DNA of 64,000 bases, taken from contig OZ246001.1 in the NCBI GenBank assembly GCA_965230295.1, forward strand, positions 1,600,001 to 1,664,000, written 5' to 3'. This document shows, piece after piece, positions 50,579 to 62,113 of the stretch. Numbering within the stretch: the first letter of the stretch is position 1; every line of letters begins with the position of its first letter. Position numbers and translations under genes: made by a program. A model generated the notes under the pieces. That model saw nothing but the letters and a program-made list of their open reading frames with translations. It was not told the origin of the DNA and did no database searches. The stretch comes from Marinicella sp. Lineage in GTDB: Bacteria > Pseudomonadota > Gammaproteobacteria > Xanthomonadales > Marinicellaceae.

Positions 50579-51838
50579 TCACAAGCGTTCATCAACCCAA
50601 TCTTCAGGCAACAGTCCCTTGAGGTCAAACAACACCCCATCTGGTTTCAAATAAGCCCTGGGGTTGGTGGCTAAAAATTGATCGTGGGCCACAGCCAACA
50701 CCACCAAATCATAGGCTCCAGATTCAGGTTCATCCACCAATGGTTGTTCCAAATCCAAGGCAGATTGTGGTTCGACCCAAGGATCAAAGACATCAATTTG
50801 GGCATGGTATTTTTGTAATTGGGTCACTATTTCAGTCACCCTTGTGTTGCGCAAATCAGGGCAGTTTTCTTTGAATGTAAGCCCCATGATTAATATCCTG
50901 GATGCCACAATGTGCTTTTGTTTTAACGCCATTAATTTCAAGATGCGTTCACTGACGTAACTGCTCATGTTTTCATTGAGGCGTCGGGCCGTGGTGATGA
51001 GCTGTGGATAAAACCCCTTCTCTTGGGCTTTGTGGATCAAGTAATAGGGATCCACTCCAATACAATGACCGCCCACCAAACCGGGGGTAAATTTCAAAAA
51101 ATTCCATTTGGTGGCAGCGGCTTCAATCACATCCAACACATCGATGTCCATTTCATGAAACATCATCGACAATTCGTTCATGAATGCGATGTTGATGTCG
51201 CGTTGGGTGTTTTCAATCGCTTTGGCGGCTTCAGCCACTTTGATTGACGGCGCCAAATGTGTGCCCGCTGTAATGATCTTTTGATAAATGGCGTTGATTT
51301 TTTCTGCCGTGGCCGCATCAGAACCCGCCACCACTTTAACGATCGAAGACAAGGTGTTGGTCTTGTCGCCCGGATTGATTCTTTCAGGTGAATAACCCAA
51401 AAAGAAGCCTTGATTCAATACCAAATCACTCTGTGCGGCCAAGATCTTGGCACAAACACCTTCTGTTGCACCAGGAAAGACCGTCGATTCATAAATGACT
51501 GTATCACCTTGTTGTAACAACGAACCGACCAATTCAGAGGCTTGAACCAACGGCGAAAGATCCGGTGTGTTGTTGGCATCTACAGGGGTCGGCACCGTGA
51601 TGATGTAATGGTTACAATCAGCCAGGTGGTTGGCATCTGCAGTGAAAGTCAACTGTTTGGCCGCTTGTAACTGTTCAGTACTGACCTCTTGGGTCAAATC
51701 CTGATGCTCTTGCAGTTCATCAATGCGTTGTTGATTGATGTCATAACCCGCCACCGGGTAATGCTCGGACAAAGCCACAGCCAGTGGTAAGCCCACATAG
51801 CCCAATCCAATCACTGCAATGTTATGGTCTGTCGTCAT
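50579..51838 (-). CDS. UDP-N-acetylhexosamine 6-dehydrogenase (TviB/WbpO-like)
   Basis: GLGYVGLP, ESTV.PG, SPERINPG, GGHCIGVDP, FKENC.D.RN. Confidence 0.9.
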   Translation of the reverse strand: MTTDHNIAVIGLGYVGLPLAVALSEHYPVAGYDINQQRIDELQEHQDLTQEVSTEQLQAAKQLTFTADANHLADCNHYIITVPTPVDANNTPDLSPLVQASELVGSLLQQGDTVIYESTVFPGATEGVCAKILAAQSDLVLNQGFFLGYSPERINPGDKTNTLSSIVKVVAGSDAATAEKINAIYQKIITAGTHLAPSIKVAEAAKAIENTQRDINIAFMNELSMMFHEMDIDVLDVIEAAATKWNFLKFTPGLVGGHCIGVDPYYLIHKAQEKGFYPQLITTARRLNENMSSYVSERILKLMALKQKHIVASRILIMGLTFKENCPDLRNTRVTEIVTQLQKYHAQIDVFDPWVEPQSALDLEQPLVDEPESGAYDLVVLAVAHDQFLATNPRAYLKPDGVLFDLKGLLPEDWVDERL

Positions 51839-53098
51839 TCAGATGTCAAATTTCGGTAGCTTCTTCTCCACCAATTGTTGTGATATGCGCACATAATTGG
51901 GTAGTCCATTGTCATTGTAGGGTGGATACGCTTCTCCGACAATCAATGGTTGCATGTATTTTCGACATTTTTCAGTGATACCAAAGCCATCTTCGGTGAT
52001 GTAATCCCGAGGCAACATTTTTTCAACATTGGCCAGATCTTTCAATTCAGCAGTGGCGATTTCCCACTGATAAGGCTCATCTTGCAAGCGCTTGATCACT
52101 GGCATCACCGAGTTGCGGCCTGCTACTGCCAATTCGATGGCGTTCTCACCCACCGCATAAGCCTGCTCCAGATCTGTTTTCGAAGCCAAATGTCTTGCCG
52201 AACGCTGCAGATAATCGCTGATGGCATAATGGTATTTATAACCCAACTGATCTTTGACCATTTGAGCAATCACTGAAGCCACGCCGCCCAGCTGTGCATG
52301 ACCAAAGGCATCCGTGGTTCCCGCATCGGCCAAGAACTTGCCTTCAGGGTTTCGTACCCCTTCAGAGACCACCACCGAGCAGTATCCATGGTTTTCCACA
52401 GACCATTTAACCCGTTCTAAAAATGCTTGTTGGTCAAATGGAATTTCCGGGAACAAAATAATCTGAGGTGGTTCGTCATGATTTTTTCCAGCCAAGCCAC
52501 CAGCCGCTGCAATCCAACCCGCATGCCGACCCATCACTTCCATGATGAAAACTTTGGTTGAACTTTCAGCCATCGACTCAACATCGAGGCTGGCTTCCAT
52601 CACTGAGGTGGCGATGTATTTCGCTGTGGTGCCAAAACCAGGGCAGGTATCGGTCACTGGTAGGTCATTATCAATGGTTTTGGGCACGCCAATACAAGTG
52701 ACGTCCAGACCTTTGGCCTTGGCCATCTGTGAAACTTTAAAGGCGGTGTCTGAAGAATCACCGCCACCGTTGTAGAGAAAATACCCAATGTTGTGGGCTT
52801 TGAACACGTCAATGAGTCGTTCGTATTCTGCCCGTTGCGCTTCCATGTCTTTTAATTTATAACGGCATGAACCGAAAGCACCTCCTGGGGTGTGGCGTAA
52901 CGCTGCGATGTCTGCATCACTGTGTTGGGCCGTGTCTACCAACTCTTCACGCAACACGCCAATGATGCCATTTTTGGCTCCAAATACGGTTCCCACTTCA
53001 GGGTTTTTTCTGGCCGCCTCAATCACGCCACAGGCCGTGGCATTGATAACGGCTGTGACACCACCTGATTGACAATAAAGGGCGTTCTTCTTAGACAT
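51839..53098 (-). CDS. pfkA: 6-phosphofructokinase, probably PPi-dependent
   Basis: QSGG, GGGDS, PKTIDND, EVMGRHAG; start taken at MSKKNA. Confidence 0.9.
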   Translation of the reverse strand: MSKKNALYCQSGGVTAVINATACGVIEAARKNPEVGTVFGAKNGIIGVLREELVDTAQHSDADIAALRHTPGGAFGSCRYKLKDMEAQRAEYERLIDVFKAHNIGYFLYNGGGDSSDTAFKVSQMAKAKGLDVTCIGVPKTIDNDLPVTDTCPGFGTTAKYIATSVMEASLDVESMAESSTKVFIMEVMGRHAGWIAAAGGLAGKNHDEPPQIILFPEIPFDQQAFLERVKWSVENHGYCSVVVSEGVRNPEGKFLADAGTTDAFGHAQLGGVASVIAQMVKDQLGYKYHYAISDYLQRSARHLASKTDLEQAYAVGENAIELAVAGRNSVMPVIKRLQDEPYQWEIATAELKDLANVEKMLPRDYITEDGFGITEKCRKYMQPLIVGEAYPPYNDNGLPNYVRISQQLVEKKLPKFDI

Positions 53099-53494
53099 AT
53101 ATTCTTTCCTGATTGTATTGTTTAGCGAGATCACAAACGATTCCGGGTTTTTGAAAAAATCAAAATTGAAAAATCCGCTTGTGACCTTGTGTATAAATCC
53201 ACCACTGAAACTCAGGGTTCGGCTGTAGAATTTTTATTTTTTCAAATTTTTTGACCAATCCATGAATTATGTAAAGGTCTCATATTGACTAAAATGCTTT
53301 GGGCGTGTACTGTAGCACGTTTTTTAGCTCAAAGACCCAAAGTGACTCTGTCGTAGTACTCAGGCAGCCGATTTTAACTGAAATCGTGCGCCATTGCATG
53401 ACGTCTGACAGCATTATTGACATCACCAATGAATTCATTTTTTAGGTTTTTGCAGCAACTGTTTAAGCAAAACAAATCAACTGAAGAGCAACAT

Positions 53495-54058
53495 ATGAGA
53501 ATTGTATTATTAGGCGCGCCAGGAAGCGGCAAGGGCACACAAGCCAAGCTGATCGTAGAAAAACTCAACATCCCTCACATTTCAACCGGCGACTTACTGC
53601 GTGGTGCCATTGCAGCCAAAACACCGCTGGGTTTAGCAGCCAAAGAAGTCATGGACAAAGGAGACCTGGTTTCAGACGAAATTGTGTTGGGAATGCTCAA
53701 AGACCGGGTTACTCAGGCTGATGCCAACGATGGATTCATCTTGGACGGTTTTCCTCGCAATGTCACCCAGGCAGAAATGTTGGAAGACTTGTTACAAGAG
53801 CTTGATATGTCTTTGGATCATGCATTGTTGATCGAAGTGGATCCTGATGAAGTGGTCGAGCGGATCGCCAAACGGGCTGAAATAGAAGGCCGCACCGACG
53901 ACACCGAAGAAGTGGTGCGCAACCGTTTGGATATCTATAAGCAACAAACTGCACCTGTTGCTGATTACTACAAAAAACAAGAGATTGTGACCGAGGTGCT
54001 GGGTAAAGGCAGCATTGAAGACGTCCAACAACGCATTCAAGCCGTACTGCGGTTTTAA
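53495..54058 (+). CDS. adk: Adenylate kinase (short-LID type)
   Basis: GAPGSGKGT, STGDLLR, LDGFPR, short GRTDD lid; start taken at MRIVLL. Confidence 0.95.
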   Translation: MRIVLLGAPGSGKGTQAKLIVEKLNIPHISTGDLLRGAIAAKTPLGLAAKEVMDKGDLVSDEIVLGMLKDRVTQADANDGFILDGFPRNVTQAEMLEDLLQELDMSLDHALLIEVDPDEVVERIAKRAEIEGRTDDTEEVVRNRLDIYKQQTAPVADYYKKQEIVTEVLGKGSIEDVQQRIQAVLRF

Positions 54059-54069
54059 ACTAAAATTTC

Positions 54070-54100
54070 CGTCATCCTCGGGCTTGACCCGGGGATCCAC
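54070..54100 (+). repeat. CGTC-type REP
   Basis: CGTCATCCTCGGGCTTGACCCGGGGATCCAC. Confidence 0.85.
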
Positions 54101-54111
54101 TTTATTGAGAG

Positions 54112-54465
54112 ATGCCTTACAGTAAAATCGATTTTATCAACGACTTTCAATCAATATTAGAATACAAATCTATAGATACAACTCTCTTTGAAGGATGTTT
54201 TGAATACCTGGCCCAACCTATTTTTGAAGGTACTCATCAACAAGGCACTTGGTACGATGGTTTCCTACTTCATGAAATTCAAAGAAGAAAGTCAAAACAA
54301 ATCAAGCTTGTTGGCAAAATGTGGGTCGCGCTCAATAACAAACAATGGTTAGAAGCATGTGAGATTACTTTGACAGATCAAACAATCGTTAAACAAGGCA
54401 TCATGATCAAGATCAAAATGTATGATTCACAAATTGAAAAATCATTGGACGACATTTGGGACTAA
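54112..54465 (+). CDS. Hypothetical protein (AT-rich)
   Basis: 117-aa ORF directly after a REP; no recognisable motif. Confidence 0.55.
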   Translation: MPYSKIDFINDFQSILEYKSIDTTLFEGCFEYLAQPIFEGTHQQGTWYDGFLLHEIQRRKSKQIKLVGKMWVALNNKQWLEACEITLTDQTIVKQGIMIKIKMYDSQIEKSLDDIWD

Positions 54466-54728
54466 CCAACCACGCTCATCAAAATCACCACGATGGGCGT
54501 GATCAGCGCAATCAAAAAACACCTCAAAGTCACCTTCAGTAAACTGAATTTCGGATTGGCATAGATATAAATGGCATTGATGATGGCAGTCAGCGGAATG
54601 GCCAGTAAACCCAATAAATAAGCTCCCAAACCAACAAATGAACCGTTACCCGTGTTCATTTCAATCACCACATAAACCACCAATGCCTGAATCACCATCG
54701 GGATCAGAACGCCATAAATATACTTCAT
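54462..54728 (-). CDS. Small hypothetical membrane protein
   Basis: Three hydrophobic segments with a GNGSFVG loop. Confidence 0.65.
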   Translation of the reverse strand: MKYIYGVLIPMVIQALVVYVVIEMNTGNGSFVGLGAYLLGLLAIPLTAIINAIYIYANPKFSLLKVTLRCFLIALITPIVVILMSVVG

Positions 54729-54770
54729 GAATTTATTCTGCTAAATATCATTTGATTTGGCAAGCAGGTA

Positions 54771-55016
54771 TTAATCGTTTAACTGTCCTTTGGTCACCAA
54801 AAAACGCATGACTGGGTCATTGTCTTGAATTTTGTCCAAGGTATGACCAAATCGTTCACACCATATCTCAAAATCAAGCTCTGCATGAACGTCTGTGACT
54901 TCAATACACACCTTGGCACCAGCCGGTATATCCTGCATGGTTTGTTTAAGCAACATCAAGGGCATGGGACAAATCAAACCCGATGCATCAATGTGGGTGG
55001 TGGTTTTGCTGTTCAT
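54771..55016 (-). CDS. TusA/SirA family sulfurtransferase
   Basis: IDASGLICPMPL (CPxP) motif; start taken at MNSKT. Confidence 0.88.
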   Translation of the reverse strand: MNSKTTTHIDASGLICPMPLMLLKQTMQDIPAGAKVCIEVTDVHAELDFEIWCERFGHTLDKIQDNDPVMRFLVTKGQLND

Positions 55017-55079
55017 GGCGATGATTGTATGGACAGATCCTGAGGATGCAAGTACGGTGAATGATTTTATTAACCCCAA

Positions 55080-55172
55080 AAAGCAAAAGACCGCCTCGTG
55101 GGGCGGTCTTTTTGGGCCTAGAGATCAAGAAAGGGGGAAAAGGGTGTGTGTGAGCTTGATCTCTACCTTGGT
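55080..55172 (-). ncRNA. Candidate small RNA with C-rich loop
   Basis: -10 TAAACT at 55177-55182; 11-bp stem TAGAGATCAAG/CTTGATCTCTA enclosing CTCACACACACCCTTTTCCCCCTTT; GACCGCC/GGCGGTC terminator. Confidence 0.5.
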
Positions 55173-55225
55173 ACCCAGTTTACGCTTCTATGAGCAGATT
55201 ATTGTGATGATGCTCACAAAAAATA

Positions 55226-55256
55226 AAAAAGGCCCTGAAAAATTTTCAAGGCCTTT
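55226..55256 (-). terminator. groESL terminator
   Basis: AAAGGCC.TGAAAA/TTTTCA.GGCCTTT hairpin with U tract on the minus strand. Confidence 0.7.
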
Positions 55257-55287
55257 AAAATGAACCTAAGAGTTCGGGGAGGTTGGC

Positions 55288-57226
<1,939 letters not shown>

Positions 57227-57318
57227 TATCGAACTCCTTAAAAATTATAGTAATACAGTTTCTTTAAAATGAAGAAGCGCCATGGGCTCTTTATCCATAA
57301 CGCTTCGGTTGGTGTGAC

Positions 57319-57346
57319 ATGTGGGGTTCGCGCTGATGAATTCAAG
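57319..57346 (-). promoter_or_regulatory. Sigma32 promoter of groESL
   Basis: Minus strand CTTGAA-N14-CCCCACAT. Confidence 0.8.
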
Positions 57347-57528
57347 TCAATCTAATCAAAATTTCTTTTTTTCTTTTTGCTTTTCAGCTTTGCTTCTAGG
57401 CATTAAGTCGTTTTAAGCTTAATCAAGCCCATCTGCCATACCCGTGGCACATGGTTGTCATAGTATTGTCACATCGTAAACCCCATTGCCCTGGTATGCT
57501 GTTATTTTCAACAACTGAGGGTAAAATT

Positions 57529-58101
57529 ATGGACATGAAACTGAACCGAAAAACCATCAAAAAACTGCGACTGGCACGTGCCTGGAGTCAGTCACAACTG
57601 GCCGAATTAACCGATTTAAGTCTTCGGACCATTCAACGAATTGAAAAACAAGGCCAGGCCTCCCTGGAATCAGCCAAGTCCCTGGCTGCGGTGTTTGAAA
57701 AGCCCTTACAAACATTGGAAGATAACTCCAAAGCTGCAGTAAAACTGTGGGCAGTGCCGTTGGTAATGACTGGTTTATTGGGCTTGTTATTTATTCTTCC
57801 TGCATCAGCTGACAGCATCATGCTCAATGTATTACTGAAAGAAAAAAACCAGGTACTGGCGGATGTTCAACTCCTCAACAAAGCCAACCAGGAAAGCGAA
57901 TTGAAGTTGGGTACGGACATGAAATTGACATTCTCTACCCATGTCACATCAGATGACATGATCCACATTGCAGTGAAAATTTATGAACGGCTTGAAGGTG
58001 GGATGAAGTTGGTGGCAGAACCCGCCATCAAAACCCAGCACCAACTTCCGGCCGAGATCAAACTGGATGGTTTATCAATCACTCTCGAACCCAACCTCTG
58101 A
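57529..58101 (+). CDS. XRE-family HTH protein with TM helix and periplasmic domain
   Basis: WSQ.QLAE..LSLRTIQRIE; central TM segment; GAGG RBS before ATG 57529. Confidence 0.85.
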   Translation: MDMKLNRKTIKKLRLARAWSQSQLAELTDLSLRTIQRIEKQGQASLESAKSLAAVFEKPLQTLEDNSKAAVKLWAVPLVMTGLLGLLFILPASADSIMLNVLLKEKNQVLADVQLLNKANQESELKLGTDMKLTFSTHVTSDDMIHIAVKIYERLEGGMKLVAEPAIKTQHQLPAEIKLDGLSITLEPNL

Positions 58102-58150
58102 TTGGCCTTCCAATTAACTGAAGGGCTGCCAAGCAGCCCTTACCATGGAA

Positions 58151-58918
58151 TCAACTGCGTAAACCTATCCCTTTATGCAGTATGTACCAAGAGATGAAGC
58201 CCAAAATCAACACAAAAGCAATGATGATGCTGTAAGCCAGTCCCACATTGATATCAGAAACACCCAGGAATCCATACCTGAAAGTGTTGACCATGTAGAG
58301 CACCGGGTTGATCAATGACACTTTTTGCCAGAAATCAGGCAGCAAAGTGATCGAGTAAAACACCCCGCCCAAATAGGTCAGAGGTGTCAACACAAAGGTC
58401 GGTATGATGGCAATGTCATCGAATTTGTTAGCAAAGGCCGCATTGATGAATCCACCCAATGAAAACACCACTGAGGTCAGTATCACCGTGGATAAGATGA
58501 TCCACACGTTGTGCACCTGGATTTCAGTAAAGAACAATGAAATCAAGGTCACAATCAAACCCACCATCAAACCGCGGAACAAACTGCCACTGACATAACC
58601 GGCCAAAATGGCCCAATTAGGCATCGGTGAAATCAACAGTTCTTCCACATGCTTGGCGAACTTGGCACCAAAAAACGAGGACACCATGTTGCCATAGGAA
58701 CTGGTGATCACCGCCATCATCACCAAGCCTGGAACGATGAAAGACATGTAATCAAAGCCGCCCATCTGGCCGATGCGTGAACCGATCAAATTACCAAAAA
58801 TGACAAAATACAAGGTCATGGTGATCGCTGGCGGTAACAGGGTTTGTGACCAAATGCGGATGATGCGCGTGATTTCTTTGCGCAACAAGGTCTGAATGCC
58901 TATGCGGGTAGTGCTCAT
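58151..58918 (-). CDS. yadH: ABC-2 transporter permease (YadH-like)
   Basis: RIW.QTL.PP.IT..LYF.IFG, PLTYLGGVFYSI. Confidence 0.88.
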   Translation of the reverse strand: MSTTRIGIQTLLRKEITRIIRIWSQTLLPPAITMTLYFVIFGNLIGSRIGQMGGFDYMSFIVPGLVMMAVITSSYGNMVSSFFGAKFAKHVEELLISPMPNWAILAGYVSGSLFRGLMVGLIVTLISLFFTEIQVHNVWIILSTVILTSVVFSLGGFINAAFANKFDDIAIIPTFVLTPLTYLGGVFYSITLLPDFWQKVSLINPVLYMVNTFRYGFLGVSDINVGLAYSIIIAFVLILGFISWYILHKGIGLRS

Positions 58919-59838
58919 GCGACGGCTCCTTTGTTTTCTATCATTTTCACAAACAATTCCTCCAAACGGTTGGCTTTGTTGCGCATCGAACTGACTTTGT
59001 AGCCAGCGTCATCAATGGTTTTGAACACTGAATTCAGGTTTTTTGATTTGGGTACATCAAGTTCTATTGAACAATCATCTTTGTGCACCGCCCCCAAGGT
59101 CTGAAGCAAATCATCATCTGGGTGTTTGTCCAAATCAAAAATAAAGGTCTCGATGTCCAAGGTTTTCAATAAATCCTTGATGGTGGTGTTGCGAACAATT
59201 TCACCGTGATCAATGATGGCGATGTTTTTACACAACTGTTCAGCCTCTTCCAGATAATGCGTGGTGAGGATGATGGTGGTGCCTTGTTCAGCAATCTGTT
59301 CCACGAAAGACCACATGGAACGGCGAATTTCAATGTCCACACCTGCCGTTGGCTCATCCAGAATTAAAATGCGCGGTTCGTTGACCATCGCCCGGGCAAT
59401 CATCAAGCGTCGTTTCATACCGCCAGACAAGCCCCGGGAAACGGTGTTTTTCTTTTCCCACAGTTGCAGTTGTTTTAAATATTTCTCAGCTCTGCGCAAG
59501 GCCTCTTCCCTGGGTACGCCATAATATCCTGCCTGGTTGGCGACAATGTCGATGGGTTTTTCAAACATGTTGAAATTGAATTCCTGCGGTACCAAGCCAA
59601 TCATGGACTTGACTGCCTGACGGTCTTTGATCAGGTCTTTACCAAACACCTTCACATCACCCGAGGTACCATTGACCAATGAAGAAATGATTCCAATCAT
59701 GGTAGATTTACCGGCACCATTGGGGCCCAGCAAGGCAAAAATTTCGCCTGCGGACACTTGCAGGTCTACACCCTTCAGAGCCTGAGTGCCGTCTTTATAG
59801 GTTTTGACTAAATTGTTTATTTCTAATGCTGATTCCAT
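58915..59838 (-). CDS. yadG: ABC transporter ATP-binding protein (YadG-like)
   Basis: GPNGAGKS, LSGGMKRR, LDEPTAGVD, MRNKANRLEELF. Confidence 0.9.
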   Translation of the reverse strand: MESALEINNLVKTYKDGTQALKGVDLQVSAGEIFALLGPNGAGKSTMIGIISSLVNGTSGDVKVFGKDLIKDRQAVKSMIGLVPQEFNFNMFEKPIDIVANQAGYYGVPREEALRRAEKYLKQLQLWEKKNTVSRGLSGGMKRRLMIARAMVNEPRILILDEPTAGVDIEIRRSMWSFVEQIAEQGTTIILTTHYLEEAEQLCKNIAIIDHGEIVRNTTIKDLLKTLDIETFIFDLDKHPDDDLLQTLGAVHKDDCSIELDVPKSKNLNSVFKTIDDAGYKVSSMRNKANRLEELFVKMIENKGAVA

Positions 59839-59913
59839 AATACACTCAACTTTTTTTGTTGATTTTTCTCAGTTTGACCGTATATTGGCTGGGTTCTTAA
59901 TCAATTTGACCCG

Positions 59914-60084
59914 ATGGAAACTGAGTTTAAAAAATATATTTGTGTTGTTTGTGGCCTCATCTATGACGAAGCTGATGGCTGGCCGGACGATGGCATCGAA
60001 CCTGGTACCCGTTGGGACGATGTGCCCGAAACCTGGATGTGTCCTGATTGTGGCGTCACCAAAGAAGACTTTGAAGAACTGTAA
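59914..60084 (+). CDS. Rubredoxin (56 aa; absent from the ORF track)
   Basis: Hand translation: [56 protein letters not shown], with two CxxCG motifs. Confidence 0.95.
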   Translation: METEFKKYICVVCGLIYDEADGWPDDGIEPGTRWDDVPETWMCPDCGVTKEDFEEL

Positions 60085-60132
60085 GTTCGTACCCAAGTTT
60101 TTTCAACCTAACAAAGCCGGCCGTACCATTGA

Positions 60133-60504
60133 TCATTTCACTTTGATGCACTGCATCAAGCGGTAGTTGCGCCAATGCGCCAGCACCATCAAAGCGCCGC
60201 CCAACACAAACAAAGCGGACTCCATCAAAACACTGACTTGGCCTTCTAACAAAGTGGCCACCACCAAACTACTGTAACCCAAGACAAAATAAGCAATCAC
60301 TGTTTTGTCCTGATGTTGTTGCCAGCCCCTGGCAAACGCCCACAAGGCAATCACCCCGATCACACTCAACCAAATCCAGCCATGACCGAAGTGTGCCCAA
60401 TTCGGCACCACCGCACTGACGCTCAATAAGATGGGCAGCATGGCACATTGAATGGCACACAAGCCAGACAAAAACATGCCTAATTTATCAGCTACAGATT
60501 TCAT
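60133..60504 (-). CDS. MerC domain membrane protein
   Basis: DKLG..LS.LCAIQC..LP; four TM helices; AH..N near the C-terminus. Confidence 0.8.
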   Translation of the reverse strand: MKSVADKLGMFLSGLCAIQCAMLPILLSVSAVVPNWAHFGHGWIWLSVIGVIALWAFARGWQQHQDKTVIAYFVLGYSSLVVATLLEGQVSVLMESALFVLGGALMVLAHWRNYRLMQCIKVK

Positions 60505-60708
60505 TTGTGAATTTCAGATCAGGGCTCAAAAAATGATGATAACAGATATGGGATTAAACTGGTCAGTCACAAGTGTTTAAGTTTAATAAGTTTGGTCTCT
60601 CAACCTTGAACCATCAGAACAAACCAAACATGTGTCTGTTAATCTGCTCTCTGTAACAACAAATTCATGCTTTAATGTGTACAATACAGTTTTTGTTGTG
60701 AAGAACCC

Positions 60709-61413
60709 ATGAACGCCAACCACTACCCTCAAGAAATCGAACAATTCGATGGCCAAGCGGCTTTTTGGTGGGACACTGAAGGCCCCTTCAAAACCCTGCA
60801 CCAAATCAACCCAACACGTCTGCAATACATCACTGATCAGGTGTCATTGACTGATAAACGTGTGCTTGATGTCGGTTGTGGTGGTGGCATCCTGTCAGAA
60901 GCATTGACCAAAGCCGGCGCCCACGTCACGGGATTGGATCTGTCAAAGGCTTCTTTACAAACCGCCAAAATGCATTTGTTTGAATCCCGGTTATCAGTGG
61001 ACTACCTACAGCAGAGTATTGAAAATTTTGCGCATGAACACCCTGGCAGCCAAGATGTTATCTGTTGTTTAGAAATGTTGGAACATGTGCCGAACCCCAA
61101 AAGCATCATTGAAGCTTGTTTGGCCGCACTGAAACCAGGGGGCTGGTTGTTTTTATCAACCCTGAATCGACACCCCAAAGCCATGATGCTGGGTATTTTT
61201 GCCGCTGAGCATGTGTTGAAAATCGTCCCCAAAGGCACACATCACTTTGAACAATTCATCAAACCCTCTGAATTGGTGGCGATGCTGAGTGATCAAGCCG
61301 TGGAAATCAAAGACATTTGTGGCATGCGTTACAACCCCATCACCCAAAGTGCCAGCCTGGATCCTGAGGATTTAGACATCAACTATTTTGTGGCCGCCCA
61401 AAAACAACCTTGA
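60709..61413 (+). CDS. ubiG: Ubiquinone biosynthesis O-methyltransferase
   Basis: WWD.EG.F..LH.INP.R, LDVGCGGG, EMLEHVP, PKGTH. Confidence 0.95.
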   Translation: MNANHYPQEIEQFDGQAAFWWDTEGPFKTLHQINPTRLQYITDQVSLTDKRVLDVGCGGGILSEALTKAGAHVTGLDLSKASLQTAKMHLFESRLSVDYLQQSIENFAHEHPGSQDVICCLEMLEHVPNPKSIIEACLAALKPGGWLFLSTLNRHPKAMMLGIFAAEHVLKIVPKGTHHFEQFIKPSELVAMLSDQAVEIKDICGMRYNPITQSASLDPEDLDINYFVAAQKQP

Positions 61414-62069
61414 CCATGGATAAATACCAGGCCATCTTATTTGACTTAGACGGGACCCTGATTGATACCGCAGTTGACATGATCCATGCCTTGGCTCAGC
61501 TGGCTGACAACCATCAAATCAACCACCAATTGAATGTGGCAGAGTTTCGCCAATACATTTCGTTGGGAGCCGTGGCCCTGGTGAAATCGGTTTTCAGTGA
61601 CCCCGACCCTGAAGAATTAGAAACACTTCGACAAGAGTACCTGGTACTCTACCAACAACAACTCAACACCCACAGTCAATTGTTTGATGGTGTGGGAGAC
61701 TTGATTGCCCATCTGGATCAACAACAAACCCCTTGGGGCATCGTGACCAACAAACCTTCCTGGTTGGCCAAACCCATCGTACAACACACCACGGCGCTAA
61801 AAAACAGCCAGGTGCTGATCTGTGCTGATGATGTGGGCGTTGGAAAACCCGACCCCAAACCCCTGTTAGTGGCTGCCGAACACATGGGGTTGAATCATGC
61901 ACACACCTTATACCTCGGTGATGCCCAATCCGATGTCGATGCCGCCCATGCTGCCGGTATGCAATCAGCCATTGCGATGTGGGGTTATTTGGCCCCCGAT
62001 GACAAGCCTGATGAATGGCTGGCACACCACCGATTTGCCTGGCCCAGAGATTTGATGGTTAATTTTTAA
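61410..62069 (+). CDS. gph: HAD family phosphatase (phosphoglycolate phosphatase/MupP-like)
   Basis: FDLDGTL, VTNK, KPDP, GD...D; located next to ubiG. Confidence 0.82.
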   Translation: MTMDKYQAILFDLDGTLIDTAVDMIHALAQLADNHQINHQLNVAEFRQYISLGAVALVKSVFSDPDPEELETLRQEYLVLYQQQLNTHSQLFDGVGDLIAHLDQQQTPWGIVTNKPSWLAKPIVQHTTALKNSQVLICADDVGVGKPDPKPLLVAAEHMGLNHAHTLYLGDAQSDVDAAHAAGMQSAIAMWGYLAPDDKPDEWLAHHRFAWPRDLMVNF

Positions 62070-62113
62070 GGGGGTTCTCTGGCAATGTACTCTAAGATTT
62101 ATGCCATTACCCA

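Noticed and set aside
60525-60550. Zur/Fur box upstream of the MerC-like gene
   Set aside because: The match is too weak and not palindromic.
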